Below are positions 1 to 8,884 of a DNA stretch of 64,000 bases, one piece after another (the stretch's first letter is position 1; each line of letters begins with the position of its first letter). The notes beneath the pieces were generated by a model. The model was not told the origin of the DNA. It worked only from the letters and a program-made list of their open reading frames with translations, and searched no databases. A program made the position numbers and the translations under genes. Source of the DNA: Candidatus Beckwithbacteria bacterium GW2011_GWC1_49_16 (lineage in GTDB: Bacteria; Patescibacteriota; Microgenomatia; UBA1400; CG1-02-47-37); NCBI GenBank assembly GCA_001029675.1, contig CP011210.1, positions 64,193 through 128,192 on the forward strand. Reading direction: 5' to 3'.

Positions 1-183
1 GGGTGGTTGGTGGGTGAGGCGGGATTTTTTTCGACAGGCAGAGTGTGGCTGGAGGGGGATTTGGGGGTTTTGTACTACACTGCCGACGAGGATAAGACTG
101 ACTTTGAGTCAGTGGTGATAACGCTTGAGCCTGAAGACGGAGATCCCGGTCCGGCGGACCATGTTTTGGAGGGGTCGTTCTAA
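1..183 (+). CDS. 3' end of an upstream gene (partial, last ~60 codons, open to the window edge)
   Basis: Frame 1 is open from position 1 to TAA at 181-183. The stop overlaps the ATG of the next gene. Product not recognisable. Confidence 0.3.
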   Translation, partial: GWLVGEAGFFSTGRVWLEGDLGVLYYTADEDKTDFESVVITLEPEDGDPGPADHVLEGSF

Positions 184-803
184 TGACTCCCGTCAGGGTT
201 ATTAAGAACGTTGCCTTTTTTGGGTATTCGGAATTTAAAAAGACCAGCAGAGAGTACCAGCAAGCGTTTACACTCTCGGCCTATTTAGCCGAGAAAGGCC
301 TGACCATTGTCAACGGCGGCGGCCCGGGGATTATGGCGGCTTCGACTCAAGGCGCCGAGTCGGTAGGGGGAGAGACTTTGGCGATTACCTTTTCTCCCCA
401 CGACGCGCCGGGGTTTGAAGGCAGGTACGTGGCTAACCGGGTGGACCGCGAGATCAAGACTAAAAACTATATCGAGCGGATGTTTAAGCTACTCGAGCAC
501 GCCGATTGTTTTGTGATCTTCAAGGGCGCTACCGGGACGTTGTCGGAGTTTGGTACGGCCTGGGTGTTGGCCCGGCTTTATTATCCCCACCACAAGCCGT
601 TTCTTCTTTACGGCAAGTTTTGGAAAAAGATAGTCAAGGTGATCAAAGAGAATATGAAGATCAGGCCGGAAGCCGACAAGGTGTTCAGAATCGTGGAGAC
701 GAAAGAGGAGGTGGTCAAAGCGATCGCCGAGTTTGAAGAGGAGATAGGCAAGTTTGACCACAGACACTGCAGGATTTGTAAAGACAAGGCGTTTATGACA
801 TGA
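183..803 (+). CDS. LOG family protein (cytokinin riboside 5'-monophosphate phosphoribohydrolase / TIGR00730-like)
   Basis: 206 aa. GGGPGIM nucleotide-binding motif and Rossmann-like LOG/lysine-decarboxylase-like fold signature. Confidence 0.75.
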   Translation: MTPVRVIKNVAFFGYSEFKKTSREYQQAFTLSAYLAEKGLTIVNGGGPGIMAASTQGAESVGGETLAITFSPHDAPGFEGRYVANRVDREIKTKNYIERMFKLLEHADCFVIFKGATGTLSEFGTAWVLARLYYPHHKPFLLYGKFWKKIVKVIKENMKIRPEADKVFRIVETKEEVVKAIAEFEEEIGKFDHRHCRICKDKAFMT

Positions 804-1312
804 AGGTTTATTTGGCAACAGACCACGCAGGTTTTGAACTAAAGGAAAAGGTGAAGCAGTGGCTTAAAAAAGAAGGATATGCGGTGGAGGATTGTGGAGC
901 TTATGAGTTTGATAAAACCGACGACTACCCGGATTTTGTTAGTAAGGCAGCTGCGGCCGTTTCTAACGATCCGCAAAACTCCAGGGCGATAATTTTAGGA
1001 GGATCCGGTCAAGCCGAGGCAATCTTGGCCAATAAGTTTAGAGGCGTCAGGGCGGCTTTATTTTATGCTCAAGCCGTACCAGTCGGCGTAGCTGATGTCA
1101 CCGGGAGGACGAGCGACGATCCTTTTGAAATGATCCGATTAACGCGTGAGCATAACAATACTAATGTCCTTTCCTTGGGAGCCAGATTTTTAACTGTGAA
1201 AGATATCTTAAAAGTAGTTAAACTATGGTTAGAAGAATCTTTTCCGGCGCATGAGCGGCACGTGAGAAGACTTGAAAAAATAAGAAAAATAGAGGATAAG
1301 TATTTTATATGA
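800..1312 (+). CDS. rpiB: ribose-5-phosphate isomerase B (RpiB/LacAB family)
   Basis: 170 aa. N-terminal MKVYLATDHAGFELKE and GGSGQAEAI motifs typical of RpiB. 4-nt overlap with the upstream gene. Confidence 0.85.
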   Translation: MKVYLATDHAGFELKEKVKQWLKKEGYAVEDCGAYEFDKTDDYPDFVSKAAAAVSNDPQNSRAIILGGSGQAEAILANKFRGVRAALFYAQAVPVGVADVTGRTSDDPFEMIRLTREHNNTNVLSLGARFLTVKDILKVVKLWLEESFPAHERHVRRLEKIRKIEDKYFI

Positions 1313-2316
1313 TTCGAGTCGCCATTAATGGTTTTGGCAGGATGGGGAGATTAGCTTTAAGGATTGCCCTGGATCGGTACCAGGACAAAATGGAGGTGGT
1401 GGCGGTTAATACTTCGGGCAACATGGATACGGCCGGTTGGGCTTATCTTTTTGAGTACGACACGGTTTACGGCCGTTACGGCAAGAAGGTAAAGACAGAA
1501 GGTGATTTGCTGGTGGTGGACGGAGTCAAGATTCCTTTTTTGGCCGTGGCCGAGCCAAAGGATTTGCCTTGGAAGAAGCTGGCGGTAGATTTGGTGTTGG
1601 AGTGTACCGGTAAGTTTAAGAAGCCGGAAGAGGTTGATGACCACCTCACGGCCGGAGCTAAAAGGGTGCTGTTGTCGGCTCCGCTTAAAGGTGAGGCTGG
1701 GGGTATTTTTATGCGGGGTATTAACGACGACAAACTTGCCGACGAGAAAGTGTTTTCCAACGCCTCCTGCACCACCAACTGTGTCGGTCCGGTGGCCCAG
1801 GTGATCGTTGCCAAGTTTGGGGTGAAGAAGGCGGCGATGACCACGATCCACGCGGTGACCTCGAGCCAGCGGCTGGTGGACAATTCTCACAAGGACTGGC
1901 GCCGGGCCCGAGCGGCATTTTTAAACATTATTCCCACCGATACCGGAGCGGCTACGGCCACGGGCAAAGTCATCCCGGAACTGGCGGGCATTTTTGACGG
2001 CATTGCGGTCAGGGTGCCGATTATCACCGGGTCTTTGACCGACTTTACCTTTTTGGTTGGTAGAAAGACCACGGTCGCGGCGGTCAACAAAGCTTTAACC
2101 GACGCCGCTGGCGGCAGACTCAAGGGGATTTTAGGAGTGAGTGAGACGCCGCTGGTGTCAAGCGACATCATCGGCTGCGAGTACTCGTCTTTGGTCGATC
2201 TTCAAATGACCCGGGTGATCGACGGGGACTTGGTGAAGATTTTGTCCTGGTACGACAACGAATGGGGCTATGTGGTGAGGATGATGGAGTTGGCCCTTCG
2301 GCCGAGCTCAGGGTAA
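1309..2316 (+). CDS. gap: glyceraldehyde-3-phosphate dehydrogenase, type I
   Basis: 335 aa. NGFGRMGR NAD-binding motif, SCTTNC active-site cysteine motif, WYDNEWGY C-terminal motif. Confidence 0.9.
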   Translation: MIRVAINGFGRMGRLALRIALDRYQDKMEVVAVNTSGNMDTAGWAYLFEYDTVYGRYGKKVKTEGDLLVVDGVKIPFLAVAEPKDLPWKKLAVDLVLECTGKFKKPEEVDDHLTAGAKRVLLSAPLKGEAGGIFMRGINDDKLADEKVFSNASCTTNCVGPVAQVIVAKFGVKKAAMTTIHAVTSSQRLVDNSHKDWRRARAAFLNIIPTDTGAATATGKVIPELAGIFDGIAVRVPIITGSLTDFTFLVGRKTTVAAVNKALTDAAGGRLKGILGVSETPLVSSDIIGCEYSSLVDLQMTRVIDGDLVKILSWYDNEWGYVVRMMELALRPSSG

Positions 2317-2324
2317 ACCCTCAA

Positions 2325-2984
2325 ATGATGGTTAAGGTCACCCCGACGGTTTTTGTCAAAGAAGAAGGGGTGTATCGGGAACGGTTGGAGCTTTATGAAG
2401 CCTTCGTGGATAGGGTACAGCTGGATGTAGCCGATGAAGAGTTTTGTTTGGCTCCGACTTTGTCGGTAAGGCAGTTGCTTGAAGTGCCGAGCATCTTGGC
2501 TCGTGACGTTCACCTGATGGTGAGCGAGCCGGTGACACATCTTCCTGTTTGTGCCGAGTACGGGGCGGGGGTAGTGACGGGCCAAATAGAGCAGATGAGC
2601 GACCAGAAAGAGTTTGCCCGGGAAGCGGAAAGGCTGGGGCTTAAAGCCGGTTTGGCGGTAGATTTGGAGACGGAGTTGTCGGAGCTTAACTGGTCGGTGG
2701 CCAAAGAGGTAGAGCAGATTTTGGTGATGACAGTGGCGGCCGGAAAAGAGGAGCAAAAGTTTAATCGGCAGGCGCTGGAGAAAGTGCGACAATTAAGAAA
2801 CAAGGGTTTTAGCGGAGAGATTTGCGTTGACGGTGGGGTAAATGAGGATACGGTTGTTTTCTGTGTTCGCGCCGGGGCGGACTTATTAGCTGTGGGCAGC
2901 GCTATCTGGAAGGCGACGGACGCCAAGGCAGCTTATGAGCAGTTATCTAGGCTAGCCACGGCAGCGCCAGGCAAGCTACAATAG
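2325..2984 (+). CDS. rpe: ribulose-phosphate 3-epimerase-like protein
   Basis: HLMV and DGGVN motifs of the Rpe TIM-barrel family. Start placed at the in-frame ATG after the gap stop. The listed ORF start at 2262 overlaps gap and is probably spurious. Confidence 0.6.
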   Translation: MMVKVTPTVFVKEEGVYRERLELYEAFVDRVQLDVADEEFCLAPTLSVRQLLEVPSILARDVHLMVSEPVTHLPVCAEYGAGVVTGQIEQMSDQKEFAREAERLGLKAGLAVDLETELSELNWSVAKEVEQILVMTVAAGKEEQKFNRQALEKVRQLRNKGFSGEICVDGGVNEDTVVFCVRAGADLLAVGSAIWKATDAKAAYEQLSRLATAAPGKLQ

Positions 2985-2990
2985 AAACGT

Positions 2991-3944
2991 ATGAAGTTTG
3001 ATGTGGTGGTTTTTGGCAGTGCCTTCGTGGACGCGTACTTAACCTCGCCTGATTTTAAGATAGTCAAATCGGACAAGAGCCCGACGGGAGTGGCTTTGTG
3101 CGAGGTTTACGGCGGCAAGGTGGCTTTAGACAAGATGGTGATGACTACCGGAGGGGGGGCGACCAACGTGGCGGTAGCCTTGGAGCGGTTGGGGTTGCAG
3201 ACGGCGGCGGTATGCTGCGTGGGCCGCGACGATTGGGGTTTATTTGTCAGAAAAAAGTTGCGCCAAGAAGGGGTAAGCCGGCTCTATGTCCAGCAAGTGG
3301 CCGAACCTACCAGCTACTCGACTATTTTGGTGAGCGGGGATGGGGGCAGGTCGGCTTTGGTTTACCGGGGGGCGAGCAATAAGCTTTCTTGGCAAAAGGT
3401 GGAGTGGGAGAAGCTGACCCCTGACTGGTTTTATGTCTCGAGCCTGGGTGGAGATTTGGCGATGCTAACCAAGATAGCCCGCCACGCCCAGAAACAAGGG
3501 ATCAGAATGGCTTTAAATCCGGGGTCGAAGGAAATCGCTGCCGGGGAGAAGTTGACCACCTTTTTGCCCCATATAGAGGTGTTATTGTTAAACCGCCAGG
3601 AGGCGGCGAGCTTGACTCATCACCAGTTTGCTAGTCGCGACGAGATCTTAAAAGATGTGGCTAAACTAGGTTCAAGGGTGGTGGCGGTGACCGAGGGCAG
3701 GCGCGGGGCGACGCTTGTCTCCGGCAAGGTCAAGTTAAATCTGCCGGCGGTGAAGGCCAAAACCATCGAGGAAACCGGAGCCGGTGATGCTTTTGGCGCC
3801 GGGCTGGTGGCGGGAATTATCAAAGGTTTTTCGCTGGAGCAAGCCTTGAAGCTGGGGCTAACTAACGGCGCCAGCGTCACCGAGCACTTCGGCCCCAAAG
3901 AGGGACTTTTATTTGAGCCGGAGATCAAGGAGCGGCTGGGGTAG
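2991..3944 (+). CDS. PfkB-family carbohydrate kinase (ribokinase-like)
   Basis: 317 aa. C-terminal GAGDAFGAG anion-hole motif and N-terminal GG dipeptide region of the ribokinase superfamily. Confidence 0.75.
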   Translation: MKFDVVVFGSAFVDAYLTSPDFKIVKSDKSPTGVALCEVYGGKVALDKMVMTTGGGATNVAVALERLGLQTAAVCCVGRDDWGLFVRKKLRQEGVSRLYVQQVAEPTSYSTILVSGDGGRSALVYRGASNKLSWQKVEWEKLTPDWFYVSSLGGDLAMLTKIARHAQKQGIRMALNPGSKEIAAGEKLTTFLPHIEVLLLNRQEAASLTHHQFASRDEILKDVAKLGSRVVAVTEGRRGATLVSGKVKLNLPAVKAKTIEETGAGDAFGAGLVAGIIKGFSLEQALKLGLTNGASVTEHFGPKEGLLFEPEIKERLG

Positions 3945-3946
3945 CC

Positions 3947-4969
3947 ATGGCAGACAAGATGGAAGAGAGGATAGAGGGGCAAGAGCCGCTTATTAAAAGA
4001 AAGCGGTCGAGAAAGACGATTGGTGAGGAAGGGGGTCGGAAGCAGACGGCGATTGTGTTTTTGGTGACTTTAGTCTTGGGGTTTATTTTTTATTTGCCCA
4101 AAGAGCTTGGCGGCTGGTGGCAAAAGTTAACCGCTCCGGAAGTAATTACCATCGAAAAACCGGTGGGGGATGCCGAGGATGTTTCCAGCGTGGTGGGGTT
4201 TAAGGTTAAAATTAACGACCGCGACGATGCCGCGGCTGCAGTAGAAAAGCTGGTGGGGGAAGTGGCGGGAGAGTTTGGGGTGTGGGTGGAAGAGCTTTCT
4301 GGGTCAAAGGGGTCTTGGGGGTTAGACGAGACAAACCAATTTACGGCGGCGTCGGTGATTAAGCTGCCGATTTTGGTGGCCTACTATGAGGCGGTAGACG
4401 AAGGCAGGCTTGACCCGGAAACGCTCTATACGCTGGTTGAGGCGGATAGGTTAGAGTACGGCACCGGATCACTGCAGCACCAGCCGGCGGGAACCAGGTA
4501 TAGCTACCGGGAGATTGCTGAACTTACCGCCAACCAGAGCGACAACATGGGGGCGGAGCTGTTGATTAAGTTTTTGGGAGGCTATGCGGCGGTGCAGCGG
4601 ACGGTGAACTCCTGGGGGTTGTCAGAAACCGATTTGCGGGAGAATTTAACTACGCCGCAAGAAATGGGCGATCTTTTGACCCGGCTTTATCGAGGCGAGT
4701 TGATAAGCGAGGAAAGCCGGGACGAGTTGTTTGCTAATTTAACCAACACGCTGGTTGAGGACAGAATTCCGGCAGGGGTGCCGACGGGGGTCAAGGTGGT
4801 CCATAAGTACGGCAGTGAGGCCGGGGTGGTCAATGACTGCGGCATCGTTTATGCCGATACGCCCTACGTGATTTGTGTCTTGTCTCAAAAGGTTAACGCC
4901 GGCGAGGCGGAGGCGGTATTACCTAAGATCTCGCGGGTGGTGTGGGAGTGGCGGGCAGCCGCCCCCTAA
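3947..4969 (+). CDS. membrane-anchored class A beta-lactamase-like serine hydrolase / low-MW penicillin-binding protein
   Basis: N-terminal TM helix. SVIK (SxxK), SDN and KYG(S) (a KTG variant) active-site triad spacing of class A beta-lactamase/PBP fold. Confidence 0.6.
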   Translation: MADKMEERIEGQEPLIKRKRSRKTIGEEGGRKQTAIVFLVTLVLGFIFYLPKELGGWWQKLTAPEVITIEKPVGDAEDVSSVVGFKVKINDRDDAAAAVEKLVGEVAGEFGVWVEELSGSKGSWGLDETNQFTAASVIKLPILVAYYEAVDEGRLDPETLYTLVEADRLEYGTGSLQHQPAGTRYSYREIAELTANQSDNMGAELLIKFLGGYAAVQRTVNSWGLSETDLRENLTTPQEMGDLLTRLYRGELISEESRDELFANLTNTLVEDRIPAGVPTGVKVVHKYGSEAGVVNDCGIVYADTPYVICVLSQKVNAGEAEAVLPKISRVVWEWRAAAP

Positions 4970-4983
4970 AGCTGGTGGAGGAG

Positions 4984-5685
4984 TTATTTTCTTTGACAGA
5001 CGACAAGGCTAAAAAATTTTTCCTGAGTACCGTTTGGGAAAATACCATCTTCTTGAAGGATTTCAATCCAATCTTGTGCATCTTCTGTGTCTGCTTTTTT
5101 AAAAAACACAGTCTTAAGGCCAATACCTTCTAATTCTGATTGGAGAAAAGGAAGGAGATTTCCCGGTGTTTTTGTAGAAAAGATTGCAGCAGAGTTTGGA
5201 TTGTCAGGATTGAGACATTGGTGGGTAGCTTTAAGGAGAGAGAAACCTTGTTTTCTGCCGGCTTCAGGGTCCTGTTTTGTAAACATGCCAGCACCAGCAG
5301 TAATAACCCCCCTAGAAATAACTAAGTCAAACTGGCTCCCAAGAGTAGCGGTAACATCCTCGAGGTTATTTTCTATGATGGTGATGTCGTTAGGGTCAGC
5401 TTGATATTCTTTAAGAATGACTCCAAATATATCTCGAAGAGGATGTTCGGGGTCAACAGAGAAAAGATGATTGCGTGTTGGTTGGCCTAATTTGGCGAAG
5501 GCCTGATGTATTTGGCCGAGGACATGCGCGTTATAGCCGGGACCAACTTCAAGAACAGTTTTAACATTTAAACTAGAAAGAGCCCCAGCAAGGTCGGGTT
5601 GCTGGGTGTACTTAATTAGGGCTTGGAGGTCGTCGCGAAGCCCCTCTGGGGGTTGAAGAAGGTCTTTAGAGATAGAGTTTGTCAT
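4984..5685 (-). CDS. class I SAM-dependent methyltransferase-like protein
   Basis: 233 aa. VLEVGPGYN glycine-rich motif I and FDLVIS motif. Substrate unknown. Confidence 0.45.
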   Translation of the reverse strand: MTNSISKDLLQPPEGLRDDLQALIKYTQQPDLAGALSSLNVKTVLEVGPGYNAHVLGQIHQAFAKLGQPTRNHLFSVDPEHPLRDIFGVILKEYQADPNDITIIENNLEDVTATLGSQFDLVISRGVITAGAGMFTKQDPEAGRKQGFSLLKATHQCLNPDNPNSAAIFSTKTPGNLLPFLQSELEGIGLKTVFFKKADTEDAQDWIEILQEDGIFPNGTQEKFFSLVVCQRK

Positions 5686-5715
5686 AAGTTGGGGTTAATT
5701 GATTTTAGCAGATAA

Positions 5716-7881
5716 TTATTCGATTCTGATGGAGCTGGCGCCGGTTAAGATTTGATCCCGGATAACCTCTTCGGAGCAGTGGTTTTGGGGCTGACTGCCG
5801 GGAACAAAGAACTCGGTGTAGTTAGGACAACCCGAGCAGCCCAGGGTGCCGGTTAGGGGGCAGATGGAGGCGGTGACTACCGATGGCGGGGGAGTGAATT
5901 GGCTGGCAGGTTGGTCTTTTAAGGCTTGTGTCATTAGTTCGTGCCAGATGGGAGTGGCGCCGGTGATACCAGAAGCCACAGCCGCCATGGGGGAGTTGTC
6001 GTTGTTGCCCACCCAAGAAGCGACCAGGAAATCGTCGGTGAAGCCGATGGTCCAGTTGTCGCGTTTGTCGTTGGTAGTGCCGGTTTTGACGGCCACTTGA
6101 TGACCGGGGGTGTTAAGGAGTGAGTTTGCGCCAAAGGCGGGGATACGGGCATTGGCGTCTGACAGGATGCTGGTTAAGATGAAGGCGACGGAGTCTGGCA
6201 AGACCGGGTCGGAGTTGCAGCCAAAGCCGCAGTCAAACTGCTTGAGGGTTTTACCTTCGGCGTCGGTGACCTTGAGAATAGGGTTTAAGTTAACCTTTTT
6301 GCCCTGGTTGGCCAGCGTCCCGTAAACCACAGCCAAATCGGTCATCTTGACCTCGCCGCCGCCTAAGGTCAGCGACAGGCCGAAGCGGCCGGGCTCGTTC
6401 CAGGTGGTGATGCCTAAAGCTTGACCCATGGCGATCATTTTCTCCACGCCATATGAGGCCAGCACCTTGACGGCCGGAACGTTGTAGGAGTTGGCCAGCG
6501 CCTGGTGAAGGCTGACTTGACCGTGGAACTTGCCGTCGTAGTTGATCGGCGAATAAGCTGGTTGCCCCGGAATGTTGTAGGTGACTGGCGAATCCTCAAT
6601 CACCGAGGCGGCAGTATAGCCGTTTTGCAAGGCGACAGCGTAGTTGACCGGTTTGATGGCCGAGCCGGGTTGTCTTGGGCGGGTGACGACGTTGACTTGG
6701 CCGTCTCTGGCTGTATCAAAGTAGTCGCGGGAGCCGACCATGGCCAGAATTTCTCCGGTTGACGGCTTGGTGACTAAAGCGGCGCCGTTGGTGACGTGGT
6801 AAGGGGAGAGGCTGTCGACCTCGCTGGCCACGACGGCCTGGGCTTGTTGTTGCAGATTAAGATCTAAAGAAGTGGTTACCGACAGACCACCTTGTTCAAC
6901 AGCAGCCTCGCCAAACTCCTCAACCAGAGCCTGTTTGACGTACATGACAAAGTGGGGAGCGGAAATGTTTTGGGTTTGGGGAGCAAGATAGACTTTTTGT
7001 TGTTTGGCCAGCTCTGCCTCCAGCGGGGCGATAGATTGGGTTTCGACCAGGCGGTTTAAGACTTGGTGCTGGCGGTGAATGGCCAAGTAAGGGTCGGAGC
7101 CAAAAGGAGAGTAGGCGGTGGGGGCGGCGGGCAGTCCCGCCAGTAGCGCGGCTTCGGCCAGAGTGACGTCTTTGATGGATTTGCCAAAGTAGCTTTCAGC
7201 GGCGGCTTCGGCGCCGTAGGCAGTGCCGCCGTAGGAAACTTGGTTAAAGTACATAGTGAGGATCTGGTCTTTGTCGAATAAAAACTCGACCTCTATGGCC
7301 AAAACCAGCTCTTTGAGTTTGCGGATGACGGTTCTTTCCGGGGTCAACAGGGCGTTTTTGACCAGCTGTTGGGTGATGGTGGAGCCGCCCTGGAGGTCTT
7401 GGTTTAAAACGATTTGACTCAAAGAGCGGGCGATGCCCCGGTAGGAAAAGCCGTTGTGGCGGTAAAAGTCGGCGTCTTCGATGGCCAGGGTCGCCAGCTT
7501 AAAATGCTCGGGGATGTCTGATAGGGGGATTAGGGTGCGGTTTTGGTCCCGGTAAAAGGTAAAGAGCAACTGGCCGTTTCGGTCATAAATTTTGGTTGAC
7601 AGCGACGGTTTTCTGGTGGCAAGATCAGACGGGTGGGGCAGGTCTTTTAAAATAAACCAGTAAAAGAGGTTGCCGGCGATAAAAAGCAGGATGAAGAGGG
7701 TAAGGGTGATGGTTTTAAACCTAAAGTGGGGAAGTTTTAACCGGCGAACCAGTTGAACAACAACTGTGATCAGTTGGGCAACAATATTAAGGAGTAGCAG
7801 GAAAAGCTTGAAGATGGATTTGTAGGTAAACCGGCCGATTTTTTCTAAAACCCGGCCGATAAACCAGAGCGCTCTGTCCAT
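5716..7881 (-). CDS. PBP1A-family bifunctional penicillin-binding protein (GT51 transglycosylase + transpeptidase)
   Basis: 721 aa. N-terminal TM. GT51 motifs EDADFYRHNGF and GGSTITQQLVKN. Transpeptidase SAIKP (SxxK), SYNVP (SxN), KTGTT (KTG). Confidence 0.9.
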   Translation of the reverse strand: MDRALWFIGRVLEKIGRFTYKSIFKLFLLLLNIVAQLITVVVQLVRRLKLPHFRFKTITLTLFILLFIAGNLFYWFILKDLPHPSDLATRKPSLSTKIYDRNGQLLFTFYRDQNRTLIPLSDIPEHFKLATLAIEDADFYRHNGFSYRGIARSLSQIVLNQDLQGGSTITQQLVKNALLTPERTVIRKLKELVLAIEVEFLFDKDQILTMYFNQVSYGGTAYGAEAAAESYFGKSIKDVTLAEAALLAGLPAAPTAYSPFGSDPYLAIHRQHQVLNRLVETQSIAPLEAELAKQQKVYLAPQTQNISAPHFVMYVKQALVEEFGEAAVEQGGLSVTTSLDLNLQQQAQAVVASEVDSLSPYHVTNGAALVTKPSTGEILAMVGSRDYFDTARDGQVNVVTRPRQPGSAIKPVNYAVALQNGYTAASVIEDSPVTYNIPGQPAYSPINYDGKFHGQVSLHQALANSYNVPAVKVLASYGVEKMIAMGQALGITTWNEPGRFGLSLTLGGGEVKMTDLAVVYGTLANQGKKVNLNPILKVTDAEGKTLKQFDCGFGCNSDPVLPDSVAFILTSILSDANARIPAFGANSLLNTPGHQVAVKTGTTNDKRDNWTIGFTDDFLVASWVGNNDNSPMAAVASGITGATPIWHELMTQALKDQPASQFTPPPSVVTASICPLTGTLGCSGCPNYTEFFVPGSQPQNHCSEEVIRDQILTGASSIRIE

Positions 7882-7907
7882 GGGGTTATTATAGCAGAGT
7901 CGAAAGT

Positions 7908-8882
7908 TTGGCCCCCGATGATATAATTTGCTCTAAACTTATGGGTGAAGCAGAAAGAGATCAAGTAATGGCCGAGCTCGAAGCAGCCGTACCCGCTAGT
8001 GAGGGTGTGGTTATGAACAGGGCATTTATCAGTTTTTTGGACATTGAGGGTTTTGATGATGTGCCTGATGATCAACTGGAGGAAAAGTTGAGGGAATGGG
8101 AGACGATGAATATTTTAAGGCATCTTCATCGAGACTTGATGGCTGTAGGGGAGACACAGAGTGAGGCGGCGGGTTTGATAGGCGGAGTAACTCAACAGAG
8201 ATTTGTCAATATATCCCGCTTTATTACCACGGTTTTAAACCGGCTAGTTGTTGAAAAGCCAGAGCTAGGTGACGACTTACCAGCTTACCCCTCGGAGGGT
8301 TTTTTTGAAGCTTCGGTGTTAGACATATTAAGAACGGTAACCTTAAATCCTGGTCATAGCCTTAATTTTTGGGTTCACGAGGATCAAAATTCAGTTCTTG
8401 ACTGGGACGACTGGGAGCAGAGGCATAACAAGGAGGAAAGAGTCAGAAATGAATTTGAGCGGGAAACGGGGGTAAGTTACGAGAAAGTTGAACATGATGA
8501 GTATTTTGAGAGGCTGTTTGAGTTTGCGGCGGGAAAGTTAGATAAAAAATCTCCTGCGTGGTGGCAAAAAACTACCAGAACCGAAGAAAAAGTGATTATG
8601 GAGTATTTGCACTCGAGAGCAAAACTGACGGCAGAAATGTGGGAGACTGAAGTGGTTATAAGAACTAGGCTAGAGACAGAAACAGAAATAAGTTACCCTG
8701 AGGACAAAATGAGAGCTTTAAAAATCAAGGCGCAAGAACTAAAAGATTTAAGCCTTAAGGTTTGCCACGCCGAAAGCTTAGAAGATGTTTTAAGCTTAGG
8801 CAATTTAAACGATTTGTTGACTACTTTAAACCCTAACTTTGATGAAATTGCGAGAACTACCTATAGTTTTTTTGACAGTTGA
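7908..8882 (+). CDS. hypothetical acidic protein
   Basis: 324 aa ORF between the two divergently placed PBP1A genes. No recognisable motif. An alternative ATG start lies at 7941. Confidence 0.4.
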   Translation: MAPDDIICSKLMGEAERDQVMAELEAAVPASEGVVMNRAFISFLDIEGFDDVPDDQLEEKLREWETMNILRHLHRDLMAVGETQSEAAGLIGGVTQQRFVNISRFITTVLNRLVVEKPELGDDLPAYPSEGFFEASVLDILRTVTLNPGHSLNFWVHEDQNSVLDWDDWEQRHNKEERVRNEFERETGVSYEKVEHDEYFERLFEFAAGKLDKKSPAWWQKTTRTEEKVIMEYLHSRAKLTAEMWETEVVIRTRLETETEISYPEDKMRALKIKAQELKDLSLKVCHAESLEDVLSLGNLNDLLTTLNPNFDEIARTTYSFFDS

Positions 8883-8884
8883 TT

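Noticed and set aside
1357-2171. Antisense ORFs (1357..1890, 1476..1883, 1887..2171, minus strand) inside the gap gene. Many similar shadow ORFs lie inside nrdJ, ftsH, the T4CP gene and others.
   Set aside because: They lie entirely within strongly supported genes on the opposite strand. High-GC coding regions routinely produce such open antisense frames. No motifs.
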